Positions 45,625-57,500 of a stretch of DNA of 64,000 nt are shown piece by piece. The notes beneath the pieces were generated by a model. That model was not told the DNA's origin, made no database searches, and was given only the letters and a program-made list of their open reading frames with translations. The DNA lies in IMG/VR virus record IMGVR_UViG_3300045988_137804, positions 1 to 64,000 of that record; one strand, written 5' to 3'. Numbering within the stretch: position 1 is the first letter of the stretch; each line of letters starts with the position of its first letter. Made by a program: the position numbers and the translations under genes. Source of the DNA: a virus.

Positions 45625-46887
45625 TTAGATTCCTCTGGTTACTAGTAATGTTCCACTTGTAAGATCTGGTAATCCTGTAAGTTTTCCATTAGATACCCCT
45701 AGTGTAATAGAAGTGGCAGATGGTGTTCCATATGTTACAGATTTATAATAACTTGTTCCGTTGAATGCATACATAGTAGTGGTTGAAGTTCCCCATGAAC
45801 TTGAACTGGAAGCTGTAGCATAACCATACGCTTTGATTGTCCCAGATGTAGTTTTAAATGATACTGTTGGGTTTGTAACATCAATCAAATAAGCTTCGCA
45901 ATTGTTATTGGACGATGTTGAAGATGAAGAATCTCCAGTATATGTACCAGTTACTCCAAGAATTGATACTCCAGATTTGATATTAGAAGCAATAATTTTA
46001 TTTTGTTCTGTAGAAGAAATTGATACTTTTCCAGAGCCATTATGGTATCCGGATGGAATAGTATATGTTCCAGCTTTAGTAGAAATTGTTCCAGTAACCG
46101 CACCATTATTTGTCATTGTACCTGTAGTTTTACCACTACTAATATAAGCGGTTTTACCAGAGAGAATGTTTGTTGCTGTAGCTGTTGCATCTGAAGTGTT
46201 TGTGCCTGTGGAAGTACCAGAAGAGGAGACATCGAGTGTTCCAGTCAATTTAACGCCGTTAATTGATGTAAATGTAACACCTTTTTTTACTTCTCTAACA
46301 GAAGCATTACCAAATTTGCTTGCATCCACAAGCAAAGTCAAATCTTGATCACCTACATATGCGCCGATTTTATCATCATTATTAGGATTCCAAGTCCCAG
46401 TTATTTTTGCAAATTTTAAATTATAACCTCCAATCGAGCTTACATGTGTTTCTACTGAAGACACGGTATGTGCAACATCTGGATTTCTAGGTAATGTTCC
46501 ACTAATATTTACGCCATTCGCACTTGTAAAAGTATAGCCTGATACAACAGCGTCTTGTGGCGCGTCACCAAATTTATTAGCTCTTGTTGTTGTTGTTAAA
46601 ATATCGCCCTGTTGAACAATTGCTTTGTTTGTATCTGCATTAGATCCCAAATTATTTACATTTTGTGAAATACTAATACTTGCTGATGTACCGCTTTTAT
46701 TATATATAGGATCTGTACCAACTGAGCCATATTGAAACAAATCTGTTCTATGTTCAAGCGTACCAGTAATAGCAGTACCACTTTTATTATGAGCCTTTAC
46801 GCCACTTGCCATACCACTCGCAGTAACCGTATCCCCTGTCAAATCAATCAGAGTTTTTCCATTATAAACAACTTTATTTGTCGCCAT
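45625..46887 (-). CDS. Ser/Thr/Gly-rich tail-fibre-like structural protein
   Basis: Low-complexity beta-rich sequence with repeated GT(L/I)... blocks; position in the tail module. Confidence 0.4.
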   Translation of the reverse strand: MATNKVVYNGKTLIDLTGDTVTASGMASGVKAHNKSGTAITGTLEHRTDLFQYGSVGTDPIYNKSGTSASISISQNVNNLGSNADTNKAIVQQGDILTTTTRANKFGDAPQDAVVSGYTFTSANGVNISGTLPRNPDVAHTVSSVETHVSSIGGYNLKFAKITGTWNPNNDDKIGAYVGDQDLTLLVDASKFGNASVREVKKGVTFTSINGVKLTGTLDVSSSGTSTGTNTSDATATATNILSGKTAYISSGKTTGTMTNNGAVTGTISTKAGTYTIPSGYHNGSGKVSISSTEQNKIIASNIKSGVSILGVTGTYTGDSSSSTSSNNNCEAYLIDVTNPTVSFKTTSGTIKAYGYATASSSSSWGTSTTTMYAFNGTSYYKSVTYGTPSATSITLGVSNGKLTGLPDLTSGTLLVTRGI

Positions 46888-46899
46888 ATAATCCCTCCT

Positions 46900-48618
46900 T
46901 TATCCTATTGTTACAGTAGTACCAGAGCTATTTGACTCTTCCTTATACGGAATCGCACTTACTGATACGTTATCTTTCATGACCTTACCGCTTGTACTAA
47001 GTGACTGTGTGGTAGCTGACGGAGTTACACTATATGAGCCTGAATAAGTCTCTGGAAGTTTAGCGATAATTGCTTTAAGAATTGAAGTCACATCTGAGCC
47101 ATAAGATGAGAGAGAAGATAAGTCTCCCAGTTTTGTATTGATTTCTGATTCTGTGTAATAACGATCATCGTGCGTATGACTTGAAGCTGCTTTTCCATTA
47201 AGAGCGGTAGTAATTGTACTCTGTGTCATAGTACCATCTGTTGCAGTACCCGTACCTGTATAAAGTTTTGTAAGACCTGCTGTTGATGTTGTTCCTGTAC
47301 TGTAAGTAGTATTTGTAGGAACTACCCATGTACCATCTCCACGTAAAAATGATGCTTGTTTTCCAGCCGCAGGAGCCGGAACTAAACCTGCTTTTCCAGC
47401 AGCACTTGCTGTAGCGGCAGTCATATTGCTATAAGTTGTATTATTATCCGGTGGAACAGTCCAAGTTCCATCCTCTCTAAGATATTTTGTAGTACCTGCT
47501 GTTGTAGATGGAGCAGGTACAAGACCAGCCTTTGCTCCAGAACCAGACTTAACAAAATTTGAATATGTTGTGTTGTTATCTGCTCCCCAAACAGCAGTAC
47601 CATCCGCTGACCATCTAAGAATTTGCCCAGAAGACCCTCCGGATGGAATATGTTTATTTCCAGATGTTGTTGGGTGAGTATATACTGTATCTGTGAATTT
47701 TGCCCCGGATGGAACATCTGCATTAACTGTATGATTATTTACTTTTGATGCATTTGTTGCAGTTGAAGCATTTCCACTTAAAGCACCTTTAAAGGTTGTT
47801 GCTCTGATTGTTCCAGAAGACGGCTGAACAGACAATCCAGCACTTGAGAAAACTTGATCCGTAACAGTTGTTGGCGAGAATCCTTCTGTAGCACTATTTG
47901 AAGCACCCCAAACCAATGATCTCCAGTTTGTATAATCTGAATCTTTTACAGCTGCCTGTGTTACCTTTGTGTCCGTATTCGTATCACTTCCAGGAATACC
48001 TAATCCTGTAATATCTGCCTTTGTAACAGCAGTAGCAGCACTAACATGTCCTGTTGCATCAACTGTAACTTTGTAAAGTCCAGAAGATTTTGCTGTGTAA
48101 CTTGGATGGGTATAAACTGTATTATTATCAGTTAATTCGATAGTTGTGTTCCCAGATTGGTTCATAGTAAAAGTCCCTTTACTAGTGCCATTTTGTTTGA
48201 CAGTCACTGTACCATTACCAACTGACGGTATTGTAGCAGAACTATAAGCAAGAGAACCAAGTCCAAGCCATGATTTCAATGCGTCTTTACTGACATCCTT
48301 GATTTTTGCAATATTTGAACCACCGTCTCCGCCTGTATATCCTGCAATGAATTTAATGTTATCTCCTGTAATTCCACTTCCGCTATAACCAATCTTAATA
48401 TTTTTTGATGTATTTCCATAATCGACTACAGTAGTAGCCGAATCCGCACTTGTTGCTTTAGTCGCAGTATCTGCATTTCCCTGTAATTTTCCAATAAATG
48501 TTGGAGCTGTAACTGAGTCGCTTACATATAATTTTGACAAAAGCCTCGAAACTCCCGTTACGATTAGATTGCTTAACTGAGCCAAGTTAACTCCTCCTTT
48601 CGTATATTTAAAAATCAA
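46900..48618 (-). CDS. Tail fibre protein (shares modules with the 54527-57607 gene)
   Basis: The shared block TVYTHPSYTAKSSGLYKVTVDATGHVS...ADITGLGIP and IELTDNNT. Confidence 0.5.
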   Translation of the reverse strand: MIFKYTKGGVNLAQLSNLIVTGVSRLLSKLYVSDSVTAPTFIGKLQGNADTATKATSADSATTVVDYGNTSKNIKIGYSGSGITGDNIKFIAGYTGGDGGSNIAKIKDVSKDALKSWLGLGSLAYSSATIPSVGNGTVTVKQNGTSKGTFTMNQSGNTTIELTDNNTVYTHPSYTAKSSGLYKVTVDATGHVSAATAVTKADITGLGIPGSDTNTDTKVTQAAVKDSDYTNWRSLVWGASNSATEGFSPTTVTDQVFSSAGLSVQPSSGTIRATTFKGALSGNASTATNASKVNNHTVNADVPSGAKFTDTVYTHPTTSGNKHIPSGGSSGQILRWSADGTAVWGADNNTTYSNFVKSGSGAKAGLVPAPSTTAGTTKYLREDGTWTVPPDNNTTYSNMTAATASAAGKAGLVPAPAAGKQASFLRGDGTWVVPTNTTYSTGTTSTAGLTKLYTGTGTATDGTMTQSTITTALNGKAASSHTHDDRYYTESEINTKLGDLSSLSSYGSDVTSILKAIIAKLPETYSGSYSVTPSATTQSLSTSGKVMKDNVSVSAIPYKEESNSSGTTVTIG

Positions 48619-49295
48619 TATTCGATAAAGTCATCGAACTCTATTTTGTTTTCGTATATCTTGTTTGAATTTGGGATAGAATAAATCCCGTGAATTTGAT
48701 CATTATAAGACGGTCTATAAATTTCTGTTCCTTCATGGATTCTAAGACCTGTAAATAAAATGTATCCTTGTGTAAACGTATTTTCCAAATTTGGGTTTGG
48801 GTAAAACATAATATAAATCTTTCCATCATCTGCATTTGATCTAAATTTTGCCCAAACCAATATCACTTTTCCTTTTGTAGTGTCTACAATACTCCACGAG
48901 TTACCGTTTGTATTATATTTTTCTGTATACGAACAACCATGTTCTAAATGTAATCGAAAATCCGCATCACAATCCTCAGAAACATAAGCGTACATGCTTA
49001 CTGTGAAATCTCCATTTTTTATTCTTTCTTTTTGCCAATCGAGAATATAAGAGTAAACCATGAATCGTTTTGTATTATTCCAATATTTTCGTTTCTCCTC
49101 TGATACGGGATTAATTTTTTTACAAGTATCAAATCCATAAGGAAGAAAAATATCCGTCTTATAGTTAGATTCACAGGTACAATTACTATTTGCTATATTT
49201 TGTTTTCCTAAATATAAATTTTGCGGGGGGGGGGTAACAGAATAGTTTACATCAATTATCCCATTTTCATTAAGTTGCGTCATTCTATCCTCCAA
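48615..49295 (-). CDS. hypothetical structural protein carrying a C10 (plus-strand G10) homopolymer in codons 21-24
   Basis: G10 at 49225-49234 encodes TPPPQ. Confidence 0.3.
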   Translation of the reverse strand: MEDRMTQLNENGIIDVNYSVTPPPQNLYLGKQNIANSNCTCESNYKTDIFLPYGFDTCKKINPVSEEKRKYWNNTKRFMVYSYILDWQKERIKNGDFTVSMYAYVSEDCDADFRLHLEHGCSYTEKYNTNGNSWSIVDTTKGKVILVWAKFRSNADDGKIYIMFYPNPNLENTFTQGYILFTGLRIHEGTEIYRPSYNDQIHGIYSIPNSNKIYENKIEFDDFIEY

Positions 49296-49313
49296 AAATC
49301 CATTTAAATAAGG

Positions 49314-49709
49314 CTAAAATTCAATGAAATCTGCCGATGAAATTCCACTTTCATTAAAAGTACATTTTGATGTTATTTCTGTGTCTATGCGGTAATATAA
49401 GTCGTAATAACCATCTATAACCACTTCTCCAAGTGTAGATGGAATACCACCATTAAATTTATTCCAACAACCGATAGCTCCCCACCAGTTACTGCTATAT
49501 GTATTGTTCATACAGAGATAAGTATTACCTTTCTTTAGATAAACTCCACCGTAACTACTTGAAGTCCAATATTCATCACCTGTATAGACCTCAACATCAT
49601 CGTGACCCACATCTGCGAAAGCAGCAGTCATCGGATTTACATTTTGAATAAACCTATATTTAAAATCTGGATTACTTTCTGTTATTTTTGAATTGTCATA
49701 AGTTCCCAT
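49314..49709 (-). CDS. hypothetical structural protein
   Basis: ORF only. Confidence 0.3.
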   Translation of the reverse strand: MGTYDNSKITESNPDFKYRFIQNVNPMTAAFADVGHDDVEVYTGDEYWTSSSYGGVYLKKGNTYLCMNNTYSSNWWGAIGCWNKFNGGIPSTLGEVVIDGYYDLYYRIDTEITSKCTFNESGISSADFIEF

Positions 49710-49960
49710 TTGCCTGACGTGTTGTAATTACATAATGAAACATTAAACCATGCATTTTCGTTCTTGTATACATGTGTTGCAAATGAGTCAGATTCTGAGA
49801 ATAAGTTAAAAGAACCGTCAGATAAGACGGGAGTATGATGAAAGACTCTTACCCATACTGATCCATCTGATTCAGTATAAAAGTTTGAGTCATACATATT
49901 AATAATAGGAGAGGTAGCAAATGCAGTTGCAAGGATGTTTCCATTTTTACAAATATTCAT
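49682..49960 (-). CDS. hypothetical protein
   Basis: ORF only. Confidence 0.25.
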   Translation of the reverse strand: MNICKNGNILATAFATSPIINMYDSNFYTESDGSVWVRVFHHTPVLSDGSFNLFSESDSFATHVYKNENAWFNVSLCNYNTSGKWELMTIQK

Positions 49961-49962
49961 AA

Positions 49963-50523
49963 TTACACCTCCTCAATCTGTATTGCTACGATTTTATCTG
50001 AAGCAATTGAACCAGATTTAGTAGAGTTGTCAATAGCATATTCTGCTGGCATAACCTTGATATTTGAGAATGTAATTCTTCCTATACCATTCGAATAGTC
50101 ACTACGAACTCCTAAGTATTGTCGTGTCCATTTGTCGTCTTTATTATTAAAGAATCCAGATACAAATTTTGATCCAGATTTTGCACTAAGAACCAAATCT
50201 TTGTTTAATACTTTATTTACAACAGTACACATCGAGTTTCCACTAGACCAATAATATGTATTATCATTTTTGTTAAACGTTGATCCTTGCGCCCATATAT
50301 CAAAATTATCTGCAACATTTTCTTGAAATCCGTCCCAAGAAATAAGAAGCTCAATGTAATACCTTTTAGTTCCTTCAAATCCAGCAATTGATTCTCCAGT
50401 TAATGTTGAGTTATTAGTATCTTTCCTTGGAACATATGTAACACTTTTGACATTATTCATCAACACTCCACCATGCTCATACATTTCAGTTCCAGTTACA
50501 TTACCATTCTTATATATACTCAT
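49963..50523 (-). CDS. hypothetical structural protein
   Basis: ORF only. Confidence 0.3.
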   Translation of the reverse strand: MSIYKNGNVTGTEMYEHGGVLMNNVKSVTYVPRKDTNNSTLTGESIAGFEGTKRYYIELLISWDGFQENVADNFDIWAQGSTFNKNDNTYYWSSGNSMCTVVNKVLNKDLVLSAKSGSKFVSGFFNNKDDKWTRQYLGVRSDYSNGIGRITFSNIKVMPAEYAIDNSTKSGSIASDKIVAIQIEEV

Positions 50524-50524
50524 A

Positions 50525-50770
50525 TTAAACCACCGCCTTCCGGTAATTTAGATTTCCATAACTTCTCTTGTTGGTCTGTTTTGTCATATAATAATATATT
50601 TTTCCTGGCGTTATATGGCAATACTGATTTGTTATTGTATATATATCATTACTTATTCCGGAAAGAACATATGGATTTTCTTTTGTATATTTCTCAGAAT
50701 TTACTAATATATTCATCGCATCTGATTCATATATATTTTCTTTTTTAATATTTCCATTTTTATTTATCAC
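50525..50770 (-). CDS. hypothetical protein
   Basis: ORF only. Confidence 0.25.
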   Translation of the reverse strand: MINKNGNIKKENIYESDAMNILVNSEKYTKENPYVLSGISNDIYTITNQYCHITPGKIYYYMTKQTNKRSYGNLNYRKAVV

Positions 50771-52575
50771 TGCTCAATAAATTCTCCTTGTGTCATTAGA
50801 GTACCTGTATTAGTAATAGATACAGGTGTCTTATATAAGTTCATAACATCTTCAGCAGAGAGTGCTGTGGCGTAGATACGAAAGTCAGAAAGATAACCGT
50901 TAGTCCAATTACCTTTTGGGATTCCATTATCAGAATTTTCCGATCCTCCAATTGTCCCTTTTGTGCCAACTCCTTGTAATGTCCCAACTTCATCTTTTGT
51001 CGAAACTAAATTTCCATCTACGTATAATTTTTTGGCTGTGTTACTTCTTGTTACACAAATATGATGCCAACAATTTGTGGTCACAAGATAATCAAATTCT
51101 GTATGTACTTCATCATCAAGTCTTATTACACCTCCAAGAAAGAATACGGCTACTCCAACACCAACGGCTGTTCTTGCAGTATATATAGTGTGCACAGTAT
51201 TTTTTGTAAAATAAGCCCAACAAGCAATAGAAAAATCTGTAGCTGTAGAATTGATTGGATTTTGGACTCCGATATAATTTGAACTACCATTAAATTTATA
51301 ACAACAATTATATCTAGGTGAATCATTATAGATGGTAGGAGCAGAAGAGGAAGTAATCCATCCGTGATGACCAAAGCCAGAAGTATCATAGATTGTGTTA
51401 TCATACATTTCTGGAGTATCTTTTAGAGATGTCATATAAGGAGTGGGAGATGAACCAAGTTCCACTTTTGCATTCTTTACATAAAGATCAGCATTATATC
51501 CGCCTCCGACACAAAAGTAATCAGAATCTTTGCCAGTATACAAATCTCTTAATGTCACGGTTACAGAATATCTTGTCCATTCATCACTTTTAACATCATC
51601 CATTAAATCTCCAAACTCGCGTCTGTTCCAGAAATCAATAGAAGAAGTTGTTGTACTCCAATACTGAATATAAGGACTTCCGCTATCTATAGTTCCTTTT
51701 ACATCAACTGAAAAGGTTACAACATCTCCTGTTTTTAATCCGGAATTCTTACGTTCAAAATTTATACAAATCCCATTTGAATTAAAAATGCCAGTATTTC
51801 CAGTTTTAAAATGCCAACCTTCCGATGTTACTTCGTTGATGATGATATTATTTATTACACCATCACCCCAGTTTCTCCCATTCCAATCAATTAACCCTGA
51901 AGAATCTAATAAGTTTCTTCCAATGATATTTCCATCAATCATACTCATCGGATAATGGCACATTAACCCTTGAGATAAAAGACGAACTTCTTTAGGAGAT
52001 ATGGCATTATTGTAAATACGATAATCATTAAACATATGATATTCTGAATTGTAAATCATCTGTGTGTCATAAGCAAATGTAGAAGAGTTACTAACTTTTC
52101 CGCCTTCAGACCATTTTAGTTGTCCATTAATATAGATATTAATAGTAGGATTTTTATATACAACTGCAACATGTGTCCATTGATAGGATGGAAGTACACC
52201 TTTTATAAAATTTCCACAAAATATTGTATTTTCAGCATCATTCATCCAACTCCAATGAAAGTCATTACATGTAGGATATTGAAATAATGAAAACTTTCTA
52301 CTATTGTTTGCTGTCATATTATCGTTTCCAAATATCCTTGTGCGATTTGTAGTACTTCCTTCTTCCGCATTTACATATATCCAGAAAGCAATAGTAAGTT
52401 CATCATTATTTAGAACCTTTTCTGTACCTTCAGCCGGAATCAAAACTCCGCCTTTATTTAAACACTTTCCAAGTTTTCCGTCTTTGTAAGTTGCTCCTGT
52501 AACTTGTAAATCTACGTCCAGTAATCCCTGATTATTAGTATGTCCGTTCAGTGGCAGGTGTATCATCAAACTCAT
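50767..52575 (-). CDS. Tail / receptor-binding protein with Laminin-G (concanavalin-A-like lectin) domains
   Basis: LamG_3-like signatures LTIAFWIYV and FSIACWAYF; the C-terminus LSAEDVMNLYKTPVSITNTGTLMTQGEF is shared with the next gene. Confidence 0.45.
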   Translation of the reverse strand: MSLMIHLPLNGHTNNQGLLDVDLQVTGATYKDGKLGKCLNKGGVLIPAEGTEKVLNNDELTIAFWIYVNAEEGSTTNRTRIFGNDNMTANNSRKFSLFQYPTCNDFHWSWMNDAENTIFCGNFIKGVLPSYQWTHVAVVYKNPTINIYINGQLKWSEGGKVSNSSTFAYDTQMIYNSEYHMFNDYRIYNNAISPKEVRLLSQGLMCHYPMSMIDGNIIGRNLLDSSGLIDWNGRNWGDGVINNIIINEVTSEGWHFKTGNTGIFNSNGICINFERKNSGLKTGDVVTFSVDVKGTIDSGSPYIQYWSTTTSSIDFWNRREFGDLMDDVKSDEWTRYSVTVTLRDLYTGKDSDYFCVGGGYNADLYVKNAKVELGSSPTPYMTSLKDTPEMYDNTIYDTSGFGHHGWITSSSAPTIYNDSPRYNCCYKFNGSSNYIGVQNPINSTATDFSIACWAYFTKNTVHTIYTARTAVGVGVAVFFLGGVIRLDDEVHTEFDYLVTTNCWHHICVTRSNTAKKLYVDGNLVSTKDEVGTLQGVGTKGTIGGSENSDNGIPKGNWTNGYLSDFRIYATALSAEDVMNLYKTPVSITNTGTLMTQGEFIEQ

Positions 52576-52659
52576 ACAACTACCTCCAGAATATTCAGAC
52601 AGTTTCTATCTATTTTTTTTTTTTTTTTTGAATAATTTCTTCGCATCTCGTTCATTTTC

Positions 52660-54513
52660 CTACATCTCCTTAAATTCACCCTGAGTCATTAATGTTCCAG
52701 TATTCGTAAGTGACACTGGCGTATTGTATAATTCTTTTATATCTTGATCCGATAGAGCAGTAGCATACATTCTGAAATCTGATATAGAATAATCAGAAGT
52801 GGAAGAGCTGTCCTCACTATAACAATTACCAATACGATGTAATGCATGTGCTGATGCATACTCGGTATCTATATTGCTGTGTGTAACAGTTTTTCTCAAC
52901 ACGCCATTTAAATAATATTTGGCTGTATGTGTTTCTAAATCCCATGTGATTGTGAACATATTCCATACATTTAAATTAACATCAAACGTACATGTATTAC
53001 TGCAACAATCCATTGTAATAGCTTGTGCCCCTGTAGAACCAATTATAATAAAATCATATTTGTTTCCTGTCCAGTTATAACCATTTGCAAAAAATAGATA
53101 AGTTCTCCATGTATTGCTAGTTGAATGTCTATTAATCCAGAGATTTGCTGTTCCCTGAGACATATTTTCAAATGAAAAATTCGGTGTAATTATTCCTGTT
53201 TGCGCACCATTTAATAGTTTGCATGAACCATCATATCTTGGAGCATCGTTGTTATATGAAATATAATCTTTATTATACATTGTTCCATGATTCCCATAAC
53301 CACTTGTATCATAAACAATTCCATCATTCCAAGCACCATTACTTATAGGAGTATCAACATCACATTCTGATACTTGCACATCTTTAAGGTCAAAATCAAA
53401 TGAAAAAGTTGCGTCTTTAGTAGCCATAGCACTTGTATAAAATTCTAAGATTGGGTTAGTTTTATAAGTTGTTCCAGATCTATCTGATGTTTCTTCAAGT
53501 TGGATAATTAAATGATGTTCTCGCCATTTACCATCAGCCAAACTTGACGAGCAGACTGTTGAATTTTTAGGTCTAGCCCAGTCATTATCCATTCTACTTG
53601 CTCTTAATTCAAAAGATACATTAGAAGTACATGTATTGCATCTAGTCTTACAACTATAATCATATTTCTTTCCTGCCGTGAAATTAAATACTGGAAAGCT
53701 AATTGACTTCCAACTATTTGTTCCAGTACCTGTATATGTATATTTATAATTATATCCACGTTCATCTGTTAGCTTTGTACATGTTATATCATTTACACCA
53801 CCATTGGCTCTTCCTTCAAAGAAATCTCCGGAATATTTATTAATAGAAGCAGTAGGATACGGATCGTTTAAAGGATAGTGACAGATCATACCTTTTGCTA
53901 ATTCTTTAATTTCGCGTGGTGATAGGGCGTTGTCGTAGATGCGGATGTCTGACATATAAGATTGATACATCATATCGCCTTTAATTCTAGAGCCAATTGT
54001 AATTGATTTGTTTGAACCCCAAATATCAGACAAGTTATTAACCTTTGTTTTTTCTACTATTAAAGAACCATTAACATAAAATTTTCTACTTGTTCCATCA
54101 ATTATAAATGCAATATGATGCCATTTGTCATTTGACAAATTAAAAAGACATGTATTTCCACCAATTAAACCTTTTGAGTCTGAAAACCAATAGTAACCAG
54201 TCGTCGTATTTACTTCTAACCGATTATCATATTCGCCTATTGCAAATATATCTGACCATGCTCTAGGTGTCTTTGGTTTTACCCATAATGCAATAGTCAA
54301 TTCTTCTGAGTCATATTCCCACGGGACTCTTAAACAATAATCTCCCATAGATATACTCTTACCAAATTTATCATCTATATACGAAGGACTTGATGATGCT
54401 GTAATATTCATCGTACCAAGTCCATGATTTTCTAAGTTGTTCTGTGTGTTTAACCACACTTGTAAAGCCAATAAAGACCACTCCCTTTCTTTGAAAAAAG
54501 GAGCAGAATTCAT
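52660..54513 (-). CDS. Paralogous Laminin-G lectin-domain tail protein; the start is probably the internal Met at 54513 (RBS AAGGAG), not 54609
   Basis: LTIALWVKPKT; the C-terminus LSDQDIKELYNTPVSLTNTGTLMTQGEF; the longer ORF would overlap the upstream gene by 83 nt. Confidence 0.45.
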   Translation of the reverse strand: MNSAPFFKEREWSLLALQVWLNTQNNLENHGLGTMNITASSSPSYIDDKFGKSISMGDYCLRVPWEYDSEELTIALWVKPKTPRAWSDIFAIGEYDNRLEVNTTTGYYWFSDSKGLIGGNTCLFNLSNDKWHHIAFIIDGTSRKFYVNGSLIVEKTKVNNLSDIWGSNKSITIGSRIKGDMMYQSYMSDIRIYDNALSPREIKELAKGMICHYPLNDPYPTASINKYSGDFFEGRANGGVNDITCTKLTDERGYNYKYTYTGTGTNSWKSISFPVFNFTAGKKYDYSCKTRCNTCTSNVSFELRASRMDNDWARPKNSTVCSSSLADGKWREHHLIIQLEETSDRSGTTYKTNPILEFYTSAMATKDATFSFDFDLKDVQVSECDVDTPISNGAWNDGIVYDTSGYGNHGTMYNKDYISYNNDAPRYDGSCKLLNGAQTGIITPNFSFENMSQGTANLWINRHSTSNTWRTYLFFANGYNWTGNKYDFIIIGSTGAQAITMDCCSNTCTFDVNLNVWNMFTITWDLETHTAKYYLNGVLRKTVTHSNIDTEYASAHALHRIGNCYSEDSSSTSDYSISDFRMYATALSDQDIKELYNTPVSLTNTGTLMTQGEFKEM

Positions 54514-54526
54514 CCGCTCCTTAATA

Positions 54527-57500
54527 TTAATTAAATGTAAAGTCAATACACTTATTTGTGCTGTTGTATGTAATAGTCGCTCCGCCACCAAGCTGGAATG
54601 ATGTGGCACTTGTTTCTAGTTTACCTGATGCAGAAGAACCAATATTACATAAATTTGTTCCATCTGATTTAACAAAAGTTGCTTTAGGTGATCCATTAAG
54701 ACCTTTAATTCCAAGTGAACCAGTTTTATCATGGTCGCCAATGGCAACATCGTCACCAAGCGTATTCCATGTATTATTTGCAAGGTTTAATGCGCCCGTC
54801 ATGGTTCCTCCAGAGAGTTTTAAATATGTTGAATCATGATTGTGTGTAGCCGGAGTAAATGTACTTGGTTTTCCAGATACATTAGCCCATGTAACTGAGT
54901 TAGCTACTTTTGCTACATCCGCAGTTCCAGCTGTGTTTGCTTTACCAGAATAAATACCGTTGGTATCAATGTATGTATGTGTTGCACCTGCAATACCATT
55001 ATTGCAATTAGTGTAAAAGTCAATATTGCCATCATTTGTAAGGAATAATTTTTCATCTCCGCCATTACTAAGCAATGATTTAGCTGCATCTGCGGATTCT
55101 CCACCACCAACGATAGTTGCTCCACCTCCGCCAATTACAACACCATTACCATATACATCTGAGGTATTGTCGATAAATTTAATCATCTCATAAGTAGATT
55201 TTGAACCTTTGTAGCTAATATTCCCTGTCATCACACCACCAGTTAGCTTCAAATAACTACTATCATGATTATGACTACTTGGTGGGTAAGTAGCAGGTTT
55301 ACCAGTAATTCCACTCCAAGGTGCAGAAGTAGCACTACCAGCGGTATAAACTGTATATCCATCTTCAGAAGATAACTTCGTATCATCTATAACGAAATAC
55401 ATCTTTCCTGTGCCTGTAACTTTTACAGTATCACCTTTCTGGATACTTGCTGTAGTTAATTTAAAACGATCCGTATCGTCAGCTACAATAACACAGCGTT
55501 CTAATGCACCTTGAGGAAGACGAGCAATATCAATTGTTCCTGTAGTGATTTTACTTGCATCTACAGATGTAATAGTAGAATTATCATGATTATGAGTTGA
55601 TGGAGTATAAGTAGATGGTTTATTTTTTACATTATTCCATTCTACAGATTGTGCAGAAGCTGCGGTTGTCGCAGATGTTGCGCTTTTAACTGAAGCATTT
55701 GCAATATCTGTAATCTGAGAAATTGTATGATTGTGAGAAGTGTTTGCCTTACCACTAAGTTTTGAATCTACTTCAGATTCAGTGTAATATCTATCATCAT
55801 GGGTGTGAGAAGATGGTGTGAATGTGGAAGGTTTGCCTGTGACATTTCCCCAAGCTACAGCACCAGCAGAATTTGCGTAGTTTACAGAACCTCCGTCGGA
55901 CGAAGTAACTGTTGCTGTTGGAGTGGCGGATTCTGGTGTGTCATTACTTTTTATTTCCATGTTCCAATTGTTAGAAGTGTTAGTTGACTCTAAAACACGG
56001 ACTTTCATTCTGCCATATTGATTTTGATGGTTATAAATATAAAGAGTCCACGTATTTCCATTTGTGTTGATGATTGCATCACCAGGCAAGAAAGCTGTGC
56101 CTGTTCTTGATTCCCATTTTAATTCTCTTACATATATAGTGGTAGAATTATCACATCTTATATGCAAATCTAAAATAGCAGAACCGATATTACCATATCC
56201 ATATGTAAAGAGTAATCTCGCAACATGATTTGAGTATCCGGTTAATGTCGTACTATAAACTTTATACCAACCTGCTGTATTAGCCTTATCTGAACCAATA
56301 TAAGCTACGCTACCTATTTTGTCTAGTGAGACATGTGTATGCCCCGTATCTGATTTCCCATCCAAAACACTCTTAATAGCAGCTTGTGTCATTGTTCCGT
56401 CAGTAGCTGTTCCGGTTCCAGTATATAACTTAGTCAATCCGGAAGTAGAAGCAGTACCCGTAGAATATGTTGTATTTGTACTTGGGATTCCAAGAGCTGT
56501 GATATCAGATTTTGCTACCGCAGTTGTTCCAGAAACATGACCTGTAGAATCTACAGTTACTTTGTATAATCCATTTGTTTTAGCAGTATAAGAAGGATGC
56601 GTGTAGACGGTATCGGTGAGTTTTTCTTCTGTCCAGTTTCCCCATGTGCCATCTTGACAAAATCTTCTATACGATTTGTTTATTGTTGTAGAGCCAGTTG
56701 TAAATAGAATTTGGGTATAATATGTTCCATTTGCTGTATGCGATACAATTAATCCAAAATTGTCAACTCCAGATGGTTTATTTGAAACGGTATTTCCACC
56801 ACCAGCGTTATAAAAACCAGGAGTAGTAACACTATTTAAATTTTGATTTGTAAGTGTCATCATTGCGGCTTTATTTTCATTTAACCACTTACCCTGTGCT
56901 GCACTCAAACTTTTATCTGTCGCTGTAGAAGTAAGATTATCTATAACATCACGCCATGTATTTGTATTATTATCTGTAAGTTCAATAGTGGTTGCACCAG
57001 ACTGATTAGTTGTAAATGATCCTTTTACAGCTCCAGCCTGCTTTATTGTAATTGTTCCATTACCTACACTTGGAATAGTAGGCTTATTAGAAAGATCATT
57101 ATAAGAACCACTGATAGCAACCTTATGTAATTTACTTTTAATGTATTCAAATAATGCTTTCAATGGTCTACGATGATAAGTAGTTGTTGTAGTTCCTCCA
57201 CCTGCGTATTGAGACACGTAATAGTCATCATCATTCGGTGTGGCAGTTCCGGTTGTTAACGTATTAATCATCGTAGATAAATCATGTGTATGATTTGTAT
57301 TTGATTTTCCAGCCAAAGCAGAATTTACAACTTTATTTTGCACTGGATTTGTAGAAGTAGAACTCAACGCAGAGTCTACAGTTGTTTTATTGGCTCCAGA
57401 TGCGATGCCATCAAGTTTGGAACGGTCGTCTGGAGATAAGGATTCGTAAAGTGGAAGTTCTGACCATTTCTTAGAACCATCTCCAATTTTAAAATTGCCA

